Shown in pieces: positions 51,405 through 61,537 of a DNA stretch of 64,000 nt. The stretch spans positions 18,504-82,503 of the forward strand of contig JAUCBJ010008720.1 in the NCBI GenBank assembly GCA_032718475.1, written 5' to 3'. Under the pieces are notes generated by a model that did no database searches, was not told where the DNA came from, and was given only the letters and a program-made list of their open reading frames with translations. Position 1 is the stretch's first letter, and each line of letters begins with the position of its first letter. Both the position numbers and the translations under genes were made by a program. The stretch comes from Nemertoderma westbladi (taxonomy: Eukaryota; Animalia; Xenacoelomorpha).

Positions 51405-53329
51405 GGTTTGTAGTCTTTAATAAATCGTACTACTTTATTCTGAGCTACTTGTAATTTACATTTAAGCTGTTTGGTTAAGCCTTCATACCAAGAAGAGCAC
51501 GCATAGTCCATGTGACACTGTATTAAAGAAGAGCAAAGTAACTTGCGGGAGTCGGTGTTCAAACTATTTTTATTTCTGTATAGAAACCTAAGCCTACTGT
51601 TAACTTTCGAGAAAATATTTTTCACTGTACTTTCTCCTGATAAGCAGTTATCCAATGTGGCGCCTAAATATTTAACTTCCTTTTTATTTTCAATCTTATG
51701 TCCATTACTAGTGACTTCAAACTTAGTTACCTTCTTTAACTTTCTTTTGGAACCAAACAAAATACTTTCAGTTTTACCGTAGTGAATGGATAGCTTATTA
51801 TCAACCAACCACTCATTACAGGATTCTAGAACTGCACTTAACTTTTGGGAAATATGGATAGGATCTTTATGAGAGAAAATAAGAGCACTGTCGTCGGCAT
51901 ATAAAATGAGTTTAAAATCGGGATCTATACTACTTATCATATCATTTACATAGCATACAAAAAGCAGAGGACCTAATATACTACCTTGCGGTACACCACA
52001 GGTAATCTCTTGTACAGTGGACTGCGATTTGCTAATGACTACAGTTTGACCTCTGTCTGACAGGTAGGACTTGAACCAGTCTATAGAACCTACACCCATC
52101 AGGCCTAACTTACCAAGCAGAATTTCGTGATCTACAGTATCGAAAGCCTTTTGTAGGTCCAACATTACCATACCAGTATATAAACCCTTTGCGTTATTAC
52201 ATCTAATTGTATCAGTTAAGTTAATAAGGCAGGTGTCTGTAGAATATGATTTACGAAAACCGGACTGAAGTTCATAGATCAGATTTAGCCTACTAAGATG
52301 TGCCTCCAGCTGTAGAAAAACAGAACGTTCTAGAATTTTAGATACAATACTTAAGATACTAACAGGTCTGTAATTACAGGGTTCTACTTTACTATTCTTT
52401 TTATACAGAGGAACAACCTTAGCTAATTTCAGTTCGTCTGGTACTACATTATCTACGATAGAGTAATTAATAATAAAAGTAATAGGCACTTTAAGTACTT
52501 CAGCACCATCCTTAAGAAAACGGGCAGGTATTAGGTCTAGACCGGTACTTTTTGAGGCTGATAGGCTAAGTAGATTTTTAAAAACGAAATCCTCAGAAAC
52601 GGGTTTTAAAAATAACTTTTCTGAATTTTGTAACTTTTCTAAAAAAAAATTATTTAGAGTTTCGGACCCTATACTATATTTATTACTTGATAACGGTAAC
52701 TTCTTAACTAAATTAGAGGCAACATTAGTAAAATAATTATTAAATAAATTACTAACTAGAATATGATCATGAATCAGCTCACCGTTATCTTGCAGAACAA
52801 TATTCGATTTAGATTTAAGGTTTTTATAACCTAAAGATTTTAGGGTAGACCATAGACTTTTAGGATTATCTTTATTCTCACTTATTTTGTTGTACAAATA
52901 TTCAGATTTAGCTTTTTTTATTTCCCGTTGGACAAGGTTTCTATATTTGCAGTAATTATTATAATCAGCTAAAACACGGTATTTCCTAAATTTATACAAA
53001 TAGTTATCTCTTTCTCTGATATTACTAAGAATACCCGAGGTCATCCAGGGCTCAGTGCGTTGTTTAAGACAAATTTCTTTAATTGGTGCTACAGTATTAA
53101 GTGACTTTAGAAATATATCTTTAAAAACAGTGTACGCAAGGTTAATGTCAGCGGCCTTAAAACAGGGTTCCCAGTCAGAATCAACTAACAAAAAAGTAGT
53201 CAATAATCTACTACAAATATAAACTAAACTTTTTCTGTTGAGGATTATAATTAATTTAACATGGCAAAACCTCGGTTTCCAATAGGTCTTACCTGTAGTG
53301 ATAGACTCGCCTGAATTTGTAGGGTACAA

Positions 53330-53712
53330 TGTTATTTGTGGGGCAAGCCACGAAGTGACCTAAGCCTTAGCATATGGGTGCCATTGGCGAGTTGTCTGTC
53401 ATCGTAATCGTCGCCGTCGTCGTCGCCGTCATCTCGTCGTCGTCTGTCGTCGTAAATTTTTGATTTTTGATCGCTAATAACTCGGTTATTCCTTAATGAA
53501 ATTAAACGAAACTTGGTATGTACGTAATCCGTCAAAAGTTTAGAAAGAATCTAAAGTTTCGTCAAAAACGAACGAACGCAACGAGGCAAAAGAGGACGAG
53601 AAGTATTGTGTTGAAGACTTCTGACTAACGGCAGACAACTCATTAATGGTGCCCATATGCTAAAGGCTTTTCTCACTTCGTGCAGCGCGAAGACCTCACG
53701 AACGTGTTATCA
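53330..53712 (-). mobile_element. HINE-like element related to 4446-5090, opposite orientation
   Basis: Inverted arms 53349-53398 and 53632-53682, (gtc)n-like microsatellite, and both termini homologous to the 4446-5090 element. Confidence 0.62.
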
Positions 53713-54383
53713 TTGTGCATAATAAAGAATCTAAAAACAACGAAAATGTCGGTTGTTCAAATTTATAAAATGATTATTTAAACCATAACATTAAGATATT
53801 ACGACTTGGGACCAACCCCTACACCCACTATATCACTTATTCTGCATCCAATAAACGTTGTTATATTTATCAGTTTCCACGACAACTTCTGCAAACTGAT
53901 GTTTTAACAAATACATCCTTAATTTTGGACATCAACTACTCAATGAAACTTCCTTGAAGTCGATTTGTGTCATCTGGAACCACAAACTATATCTTAATGT
54001 AAAACCAAGCAGTTCTAGAAAACTCCAGTTGCCATGGTAATGGGAGTTTAATTAAGACATATGACTTTTAACAAGGTAAACCAATGAACTGATGAGTCAA
54101 CTATTAATCAACATTAATCACTAGTGATTAATTGCTGCAGTAATTAAGTCTAATATACAGTACAGTAAGTTGTAATAATATAAATTATAAATACATATTG
54201 TTGAAATAATGATTATTTACAGTTAGTAATAAACATTCTATATTAATAAACATAAAAATATATCTTTAAAAACAGTGTACGCAAGGTTAATGTCAGCGGC
54301 CTTAAAACAGGGTTGTGTAAAGATGATAAAAAATAAAGTATTGAGGGTCTTTAGCTGGTTATATTATATTAGATAAAGATACA

Positions 54384-54423
54384 ATAGTAAACGTTTTCGA
54401 CCTACCGGTCTGCATCAGACTAT
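54384..54423 (-). ncRNA. Minimal hammerhead-like ribozyme (variant core) in the Penelope pLTR
   Basis: ATAGT-CTGATGCA-GACC-ggta-GGTC-GAA-AACGTT-T-ACTAT: helix I and II pair perfectly and helix III is palindromic. The core has an extra C relative to CUGAUGA. Confidence 0.68.
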
Positions 54424-55783
54424 GTACTGGCAACTAACAGGAAAAGGTGGGGTCTATATATATATATATAGGTTTTAAAGGGGAATACCTGATAGGTGAA
54501 TCCCAGAAAGGTTAACGTATATGTATGTACTGTATAACTTAAGGTAATTGTGATAGGGAAAGTACACCGAGTTAGTTATAAGCTGTCAATCTAAAGTACA
54601 AATATAGGGTTGCAGGTTGGGTTATAAGGTTGGAAGAAGTTGATAGGGAAATCCCAGGAATGGTCATGTGTCTACATACTGAATGGTATAATTGGATTAG
54701 GTAGGTTACATAGGATTATGAGGTATCTACTTAAAGCGCACGGTTAGGTAGAATGCAACATAATGATAGCTGTAATTTTTACAGAGTAAGAAATCACAAG
54801 AAACAGAAAAAACCAAGACAAAAACAAAAAGGAAGGTCGGGGAAAAGCACATAAAACCCCGGAAATTCGCTATAGAGGGCACTGTAGTTGTGTAAGATAT
54901 AGAATGTATTATATAAAACATTGGGTTTAGATTGCTGGTCTTGCTACGTTAAGTGGGGGGTTGTATGTATAGATTAGGTTAGCTTCCGTCGCTAGTAGTT
55001 CGGGTATGTTTGTGGATTGTTTTATGGTTGCGGTGCGTAGATTTTCTAAACCACAACCGTATATGTGCCTAGCTAGGAGTATGTCTTCGTGTGTTTTTCC
55101 GTCATTGGCTCGTGAGGGGTAGTGTCGTATGTTGTTGGAATGGAATTGGAATTGTTTATTGACATCAAAATACAGTAAAAATATTAAAAACATAGGCAAT
55201 ACGTTAAACGTTACACACAACAGTACAATCGAAACTGAAACAAGTATTTACAAATTTATTCATTATTTATAATTAATTACAGTAGGCCTACACTGTAGAA
55301 TATTCGGTTTTATCGTTTGAGATATTAGATTACGGTAAGGTGTAGCTGTAGGACTTTAAAATTATGGTATAGTATACTAAAAACAATAGATGAGAAACGG
55401 TTTGGTTTGAACAAATAAGTATTTATGGGAGTGCACACTAAAAAGAATCATGATGATGTAGATGTGGATATAATTACAAATATTAAAAAAAGGGGAACAT
55501 ACAGGCGCATAGGAAGCACAAGGAGGCGCACAGGGAGCATACATACGGGCGCGGAATGATAACGGTTAATGGTACAGAGCAAAAGATAATGATGTCGGGG
55601 ATAACCTCATGAGACATAGTCTCGTTTCCATGGGGGTCCCCTGGCTATGCAGTGAATCGATCTGGCTATAAAATCATTATTGAAACTTAATAAAAAAAAA
55701 TGAAAAATAAAAAATAAAAAAAAAATACAGAACACGGTTACGATACGATTAAAAAAAAAGAATGAGAGTTTTTGTAGGCATGG

Positions 55784-58700
55784 TTAAAAAGAATAGATGC
55801 ATTGTTCTCGGGAGGATAAAAGGCTAAGTAAGTGGGTCTTTACTTTGTGTTTAAAGGATTCTACTGTGGTTAATTGTTTTATTTCGTTCGGGAGTTTATT
55901 CCACAGGAAGGGTCCTAAGTAGGAGAAGGCGTGCGTGGCAGTTTTAGTTTTTTTCCGAGGAATGGTGGCGTGCGCTATGGAGGACCGTGAACGATCGGAG
56001 AGGTAGCTAAAAGTTACAAGGGACTGGAGGTAGATGGGCGCGGTTTTCCTGTATACTTTAAACATGTGGGTCAGGATGGTTTGATGGACCCGCTCGGTGA
56101 TAGGGAGCCAGTTTATTCGGATGAAGTGGGTAGAGTCGATGTGGGTGCGCGAGTCGAGATCGAGACAGAAACGGATACACTTCCGTTGGAGTGCGTCGAT
56201 GCGGTTACGGAGGCGGCTGGCGGCGCTCAGATACCAAACCGGGGCAGAGGAGTCGATGATCGGCTGGATTAGGGCGTTACATAGAGTACGCCGTAGTGGT
56301 TTGTCGAGTACTTGCGAGTTTCTGTGGAGGAATTTCAGGCAAGCATTTCCTCTGCGTATGACGGTTTGGGCCGAGTCGGCGCCCGAAAGAGTAGCATCGA
56401 GGGAGCAGCCCAAGTAATTCACCGTTTCTGAGGTGTCAAGACGTGCGGATCCGAAGGTTACCGAGAAACTACCCGATGTGGCTAGGCGGTGGTGTGAACC
56501 AAAAAGCATGACCTCGAACTTGTCGGGGTGAATGCTAAGGCGGTTATCGACAGCCCAGGCATTTACCCTGGTCAATGTTTCCGAGAGTGACGTTTCGATT
56601 TCCTTTAAGTTGTGTCCAGTTTTGAGGATATTTGTATCGTCGACATATTTCAGTGCCACCGTGAGATTTTGGCTGTTGGTGTTGGCGACGTGGTGGGTGA
56701 CCTCCGTTGAGAGGGGAACGGAACCCGGAGGGGTCGTCGCGGGTGCCACCGAACCTGGGTAGTCCACGGGGATCGCCACTGAACCTTGGGAGTCCGCGGG
56801 GAGCGCCACTGAACCTTGGGAGTCCGCGGGGAGCGCCAACGAACCTTGGGAGTCCGCAGGGAGCGCCACCGAACCTGGGTGGTCCGCGGGGAGCGCCACC
56901 GAATTTTGGGAGTCCATGGGGAGCGCCACCGAACCTTGGGAGTCTGCGGGGAGTGCCACCGAACCTTGGGAGCCCGCGGGGAGCGCCAACGAACATTGGG
57001 AGTCCGCAGGGAGCACCACCGAACCTGGGTGGTTCGCGGGGAGTGCCACCAAACTTTGGGTGTCCGCGGGGAGCGCCACCGAAACTTGGGAGTCCGCGGG
57101 GAGCGCCAACGAACCTTGGGGGGCCGCAGGGAGTGCCACCGAACCTGGAGAGGCCTCAGGGAGCGCCACCGAATCTGGGGAGGCCGCAGGGAGCGCCACC
57201 AAAACCGGAGAGGCTGCAGGGAGCGCCACCATACCTGGAGATGCCGCAGGGAGCGCCACCGAACCTTGGGGGTCCGCGGGGGGCGCCACCGTACCGGGAG
57301 ATGCCGCAGGGAGCGCCACCAAACCTTGGGAGTCCGCGGGGAGAGCAACCTTACCTGGAGATGCTGCAGGGAGCGCCAACGAACCTTGGGAATCCGCGGG
57401 GAGCGCCACCGAACCTGGAGATGCCGCAGGGAGCGCCACCAAACCTGGAGAGGCCGCAGGGAGCACCACCGAACCTGGAGAAGCTGTGGGGGGCATCAAC
57501 GAAACCGTTTGGGTCGGGGTACAGTTAGTGGGAACGAGAGCTAGATCGAAGTCGTTGATATAGATTAAGAACAGTAAAACAGCTAGGAGAGCTCCTTGGG
57601 GGGTGCCGCACGTGATATCAAGTGTTTTTGATGTGGAGTTTCCGATTTGAACATATTGTGATCTTCCTGACAAGTAGGAGCGGAACCAATTTATGGTGTG
57701 TTGGTTGAGTCCGATGCACTTTAGCTTATGTAGGAGGATGTCGTGCTGCACGGTGTCGTAGGCTTTTCTAATATCTATGGCAACCATTCCTACTAACATT
57801 CCTTTGTCGGTTGCATTTCGGATGAGGTCGTCGAGGTGGATGAGGCAGGTTTGTACTGAGTGGCCGGTCCGGGCGCCGGATTGGAGATCGTCGAGTATAT
57901 GGTTGGTTACTATGTAGCTTTTGAATTGTTCGAAGATAACCTTTTCTAGGACTTTGGAGGCAGTTGGAAGCAGCGAAATGGGGCGGTAGTGATCACGGAC
58001 AATGCGGGGGCCTTTTTTGAAGATTGGATTGACTTTGGCGAGTTTATAATCGGTGGGGAAGATTGCTGAGGTAATTGATGAGTTTATAATGTGGGTAAGG
58101 TGGTCAGTTAAGATCGGGCTTCCATCCTTAAGTATTCTTGGGCTGATCGAGTCGGGTCCACTGGCCTTGGTGGTATCTAGGTTTGTGAGAATGTCAAATA
58201 CGATCTGTCTATCGACTGTTTGGAGGGAGAAACTGTCTTTTTTAATTCCTTTCAGGGCATAGAACTGCTCGACTGCGGGGCCGTTGTAGATGTTGCTGGG
58301 AGATGGGAGTTTGTCTACCAATGTCTTTGAGATATTTGTGAAGAAGGAGTTCAGAACATTGGCAATGTCGGTGGGGTCTGTAAGGAGGGCTCCATTATTT
58401 TCAATAGCTGATATTACGGTAGACGACTTCGCTCTTTTCGTGGGCGCTCCGAGTGTCTTTAGGGTTTTCCAGAGGACTTTACTGTTTGTTTTGTTGGAGT
58501 CGAGGACGTTTTTGATGTAGGTGGATTTGGCTGATCTGAGTTTGTGTGTTGCCTCGTTCCTCAATTGTTTATAGTTGTCATAGTTACTTGGGCTTCGGTG
58601 CTCATGGAATTTTAGGAGTGCTTTGTTTCTATCCTGGATGATTGTTATGATGTCGGTGGTCATCCAAGGTTCGGAAAAATGTTTAACTCTGACGCAGCGA

Positions 58701-58918
58701 TGTGGTGCGATTTTATCGAGGATACGGGTGAGTTCAGTAGTTAGTAAATGAGCACCTGTTGTTGGGTTTGCTGTACGTAGGATTGAAGGCAGGATATGGC
58801 TGGTGTCGAGGTTGCTAAGGAGTATATCTGCAGTGTATCCTTTATAAGATCGGCATGATCGGCTGGTGTGTTGGTTAGGACGTGGTAGTTTCGGACGGCT
58901 GCGGGACACAAATACCAT
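55784..58918 (-). CDS. LINE C ORF2 (end of APE, RT, C-terminus), uninterrupted 1044 aa with an internal repeat insert
   Basis: SDH just upstream, then EPW, GPDSI, HYRPIS, DIRKAYDTV, GTPQG, YIND, YVDD, YLG, LWNKLP. Confidence 0.9.
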   Translation of the reverse strand: MVFVSRSRPKLPRPNQHTSRSCRSYKGYTADILLSNLDTSHILPSILRTANPTTGAHLLTTELTRILDKIAPHRCVRVKHFSEPWMTTDIITIIQDRNKALLKFHEHRSPSNYDNYKQLRNEATHKLRSAKSTYIKNVLDSNKTNSKVLWKTLKTLGAPTKRAKSSTVISAIENNGALLTDPTDIANVLNSFFTNISKTLVDKLPSPSNIYNGPAVEQFYALKGIKKDSFSLQTVDRQIVFDILTNLDTTKASGPDSISPRILKDGSPILTDHLTHIINSSITSAIFPTDYKLAKVNPIFKKGPRIVRDHYRPISLLPTASKVLEKVIFEQFKSYIVTNHILDDLQSGARTGHSVQTCLIHLDDLIRNATDKGMLVGMVAIDIRKAYDTVQHDILLHKLKCIGLNQHTINWFRSYLSGRSQYVQIGNSTSKTLDITCGTPQGALLAVLLFLIYINDFDLALVPTNCTPTQTVSLMPPTASPGSVVLPAASPGLVALPAASPGSVALPADSQGSLALPAASPGKVALPADSQGLVALPAASPGTVAPPADPQGSVALPAASPGMVALPAASPVLVALPAASPDSVALPEASPGSVALPAAPQGSLALPADSQVSVALPADTQSLVALPANHPGSVVLPADSQCSLALPAGSQGSVALPADSQGSVALPMDSQNSVALPADHPGSVALPADSQGSLALPADSQGSVALPADSQGSVAIPVDYPGSVAPATTPPGSVPLSTEVTHHVANTNSQNLTVALKYVDDTNILKTGHNLKEIETSLSETLTRVNAWAVDNRLSIHPDKFEVMLFGSHHRLATSGSFSVTFGSARLDTSETVNYLGCSLDATLSGADSAQTVIRRGNACLKFLHRNSQVLDKPLRRTLCNALIQPIIDSSAPVWYLSAASRLRNRIDALQRKCIRFCLDLDSRTHIDSTHFIRINWLPITERVHQTILTHMFKVYRKTAPIYLQSLVTFSYLSDRSRSSIAHATIPRKKTKTATHAFSYLGPFLWNKLPNEIKQLTTVESFKHKVKTHLLSLLSSREQCIYSF
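56745..57485. repeat. GC-rich 30-bp coding minisatellite, about 25 copies (PADSQGSVAL / PAASPGSVAL)
   Basis: Unit gagcgccaccgaaccttgggagtccgcggg and variants, with no indels. Confidence 0.97.
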
Positions 58919-60059
58919 GCAGTGGTCACTGAGTCCTGATTTGATTACTCCACTGTCACGTATAAATTCGGGGTTACGATGTTGCGGTGTCCATTAAAGC
59001 GTTCGTGAAGTTTCTGTCTCGTTTGGCCTATGTAGTATAGAGTAGGGTGGCAGTGGCACCAGGCCAAGTAACATACAGTGTGGGACTTACATGTATAGTG
59101 TCCTTTTATCTTTTCACCCCATGGTGTCTGTTGTATGTTAGTGATAGTTTTGCATGTAAGGCAGCGGCTAGAGTTACATGGCTCATTAGTGGTGTTATTT
59201 GTGTGTGTTTGCGATTGAGTTTTATTTTTGGTTAGTATTTGTCCTAGTGATGTGGGGTTCTTCGTGACTACATTAATGTTGATGTCAAGATCGTAGTTTT
59301 TGGAGTATCTACGTACAGTATTTTGGAATATGCCCTTCATCTGTTGGTTAGTGGATAGGTAAAATGTGGGTTTCGAGTTAGTGTCTTTAGGTCTAGTTTG
59401 GGGAGTCCAATGTCTAAGTTTGTTAAGGAGGTTCTGGGGGTACTGCCTGAGTAGACATTCGCCAAGGAATTCGTCTCTGAGTTTGGTATAGTCGTTAGAC
59501 TCGCTACATCTGCGGTGGATGCGTAGGAGTTGGCTACGAATTACGGATAGTAGTAATTTCTTATCATGGAAGCTATTGTAATGAATCGGGAGTTTATTGC
59601 TAGTTGGTTTTTTGTATAATGTAGTTGTTAGTGTTTCGTTGTTAATCTGTGTCAAGACGTCAAGGAATGGGAGTGATGTGTGGGAGTATTCAATGGTGAA
59701 TTGTATATCAGAGTTTTGGAATAAGTCGTTACAAGCGGAGTTAGTGATTTTCTGTATGTTGTGAATGTCCTGTTCACTTAATATACGTTGTACTATACCA
59801 TAGCTGTCGTCAACAAACCGTTTGTAGAATGGAATAGGGTAAGTTGTATTATCGTCTGGGGGGGTTATGTTTGGATCCGAGGTTGAGGTATTTTCGTTAG
59901 TTATGGTTATATTAGGATCTGAGATAGATAGGATAGTTTCTGGAATATTGATGTTGGAATCAGGAGGTGTAAGGTTAGATATTGGGGTCGTTATTATTGG
60001 ATCTGAGAAAACGGGGTTAGGTGTAGTGTTTGGTGCTAGTTTAGTTTTATAAGTTACTG

Positions 60060-60603
60060 AGGTAGTTATATTATTATAGACTGGGGTGGAAGGGGTAGGT
60101 TCTGGGGTAGTTATATTAGTTCCAGGGGTAATTATGGTAGTTTCAGGAGTAGTTATGTTAGCTTTGTTAGTTTCAGGGGTATTTATGTTAGTACCACGGG
60201 TACTTATGGTAGTTTCAGGGGTAGTTATGTTAGTTACGTCAGTATCTGGGGTAGTTATGTTAGTTTCCTGGGTACTTATGGTAGTTTCAGGGGTAGTTAT
60301 GTTAGTTTTGTTAGTTTCAGGGGGATTTATGTTAGTACCATGGGTACTTATGGTAGTTTCAGGGGTAGTTATGTTAGTTTCGTTAGTATCAGGGGTAGTT
60401 ATGTTAGTTTCATGGGTACTTATGGTAGTTTCAGGGGTAGTTATGTTAGTTTCGTTAGTATCAGGGGTAGTTATGTTAGTTTCATGGGTACTTATGATAG
60501 TTTCAGGGGTAGTTATGTTAGTTTCGTTAGTTTCAGGGGTAGTTATGTTAGTTTCATGGGTACTTATGGTAGTTTCGGGGGTAGTTATGTTAGTTTCGCA
60601 TGT
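60060..60603. repeat. 21/30/42-bp compound coding minisatellite (ETNITTP, ETTISTH) in frame with the Penelope RT
   Basis: Plus-strand tttcaggggtagttatgttag repeats. The minus frame was hand-translated without stops. Confidence 0.9.
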
Positions 60604-61537
60604 ATGTTAGTTATGCAGACCGGTAGGTCGAAAACGTTTACTATTGTATCTTTATCTAATATAATATAACCAGCTAAAGACCCTCAATACTTTATTTTTT
60701 ATCATCTTTACACTATGCTGCCGCTGGTGAATGCCTACCACTTCATCCGTTCGTTTAAAACAGGGTTCCCAGTCAGAATTAACTAACAAACTTAAAAAGC
60801 GTTCCTTGCTGTAATTTTTCATAGACCTAACTGTTACTGTTTTATGATCCCCGAAAAAAGATTTTTGTGTCTTTCTTGTGCAAAAAACTATAAAATGATC
60901 GCTTAGACCTATAGGTAAAACCCCAGATTGAGAAATAATATCGGTATTATTACAAAGGATGTGATCTAGTAAAGTAGAAGTTTTACTGGTAATTCTGGTA
61001 GAATCTCGAATAATTTGTTTTAAACCAAACAAATTTAAAATACTTTGGTACTGTTTACAGATGGGGGATGCTTTGTGATGGTAACAGATATTAAAATCAC
61101 CTAAGAAATATATTTCACAGTCTGACCTAAGATTACATAAAATTGTATTTTCAAAATTTTGCAAAAAATCTGATTGTTTAGGGGGCCGATATAAAGTACC
61201 GATTAAAATAGGTTTAGTTTTAGGAAGTAAAAGTTCCACCAGTAAAACTTCGTCACAAGTCTCTAAATCTTCCCTACGATTAAAAGCTAAATCACATCGA
61301 ATGTAAGTACAGACACCACCACCGTGTCTGTCCCTATCCTTACGTAAAACTACGTAATTATCAATATAAATATAAATTTCTCCATCAGAAACACTATCAT
61401 CGAGCCAAGTTTCAGAGATTGTTAAAACGGCTGGGTTGGATTTATTGATTAAAATACGAATTTCGGAAAGTTTTGGAAGCAGAGATCGTGCGTTTAAGTG
61501 CAAAAAATGCAGACCTTTTTTCTTAAAAAAATTAAAA

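Larger units (their letters stand above)
55135..58978 (-). mobile_element. 5'-truncated CR1/L2-group LINE (family C) inserted in the Penelope GIY-YIG domain
   Basis: TSD atgttg at 55129-55134 and 58979-58984; removal restores NGHRN-IRHYPS. aataaa followed by an (attcca)-like tail. Confidence 0.92.
54315..60754 (-). mobile_element. 5'-truncated Penelope-like element with inverted pLTR, inserted in LINE A
   Basis: RT FYKRFVDD, FTIE, LPFLDV, LYKKPT; linker CNSSRCLTC; GIY-YIG VCY..YYIGQT..ERFNGH, completed at 54927-55134 (..EANLI..PPLN). 101-bp inverted repeat 54315-54415 / 60613-60713. 13-bp TSD ttaaaacagggtt at 54302-54314 and 60755-60767. Confidence 0.93.
47687..61537 (-). mobile_element. CR1/L2-group LINE (family A) ORF2 inserted in the 30-bp satellite and split by three later insertions
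   Basis: Segments: APE endonuclease 60755-61537 (HLNARSL, ISETWL, YRPP, GDFN, LLDH, SDH), 54256-54314, RT 51405-53190 ([32 protein letters not shown]), C-terminus plus 3' UTR plus (TCTA)n tail 47687-48389. aaagga flanks both ends. Confidence 0.9.

Noticed and set aside
53191-53329. N-terminus of the 651-aa RT ORF
   Set aside because: Read-through into inserted non-LINE DNA. LINE homology starts at [10 protein letters not shown].
56544-57563. Collagen-like, Arg-rich and other alternative-frame ORFs
   Set aside because: Shadow frames of the GC-rich minisatellite. Only the RT frame has flanking domain homology.
60086-60669. Hydrophobic VVSGVVMLVS plus-strand ORFs
   Set aside because: Antisense shadow of the T/P/N repeat that is in frame with the Penelope RT on the minus strand.
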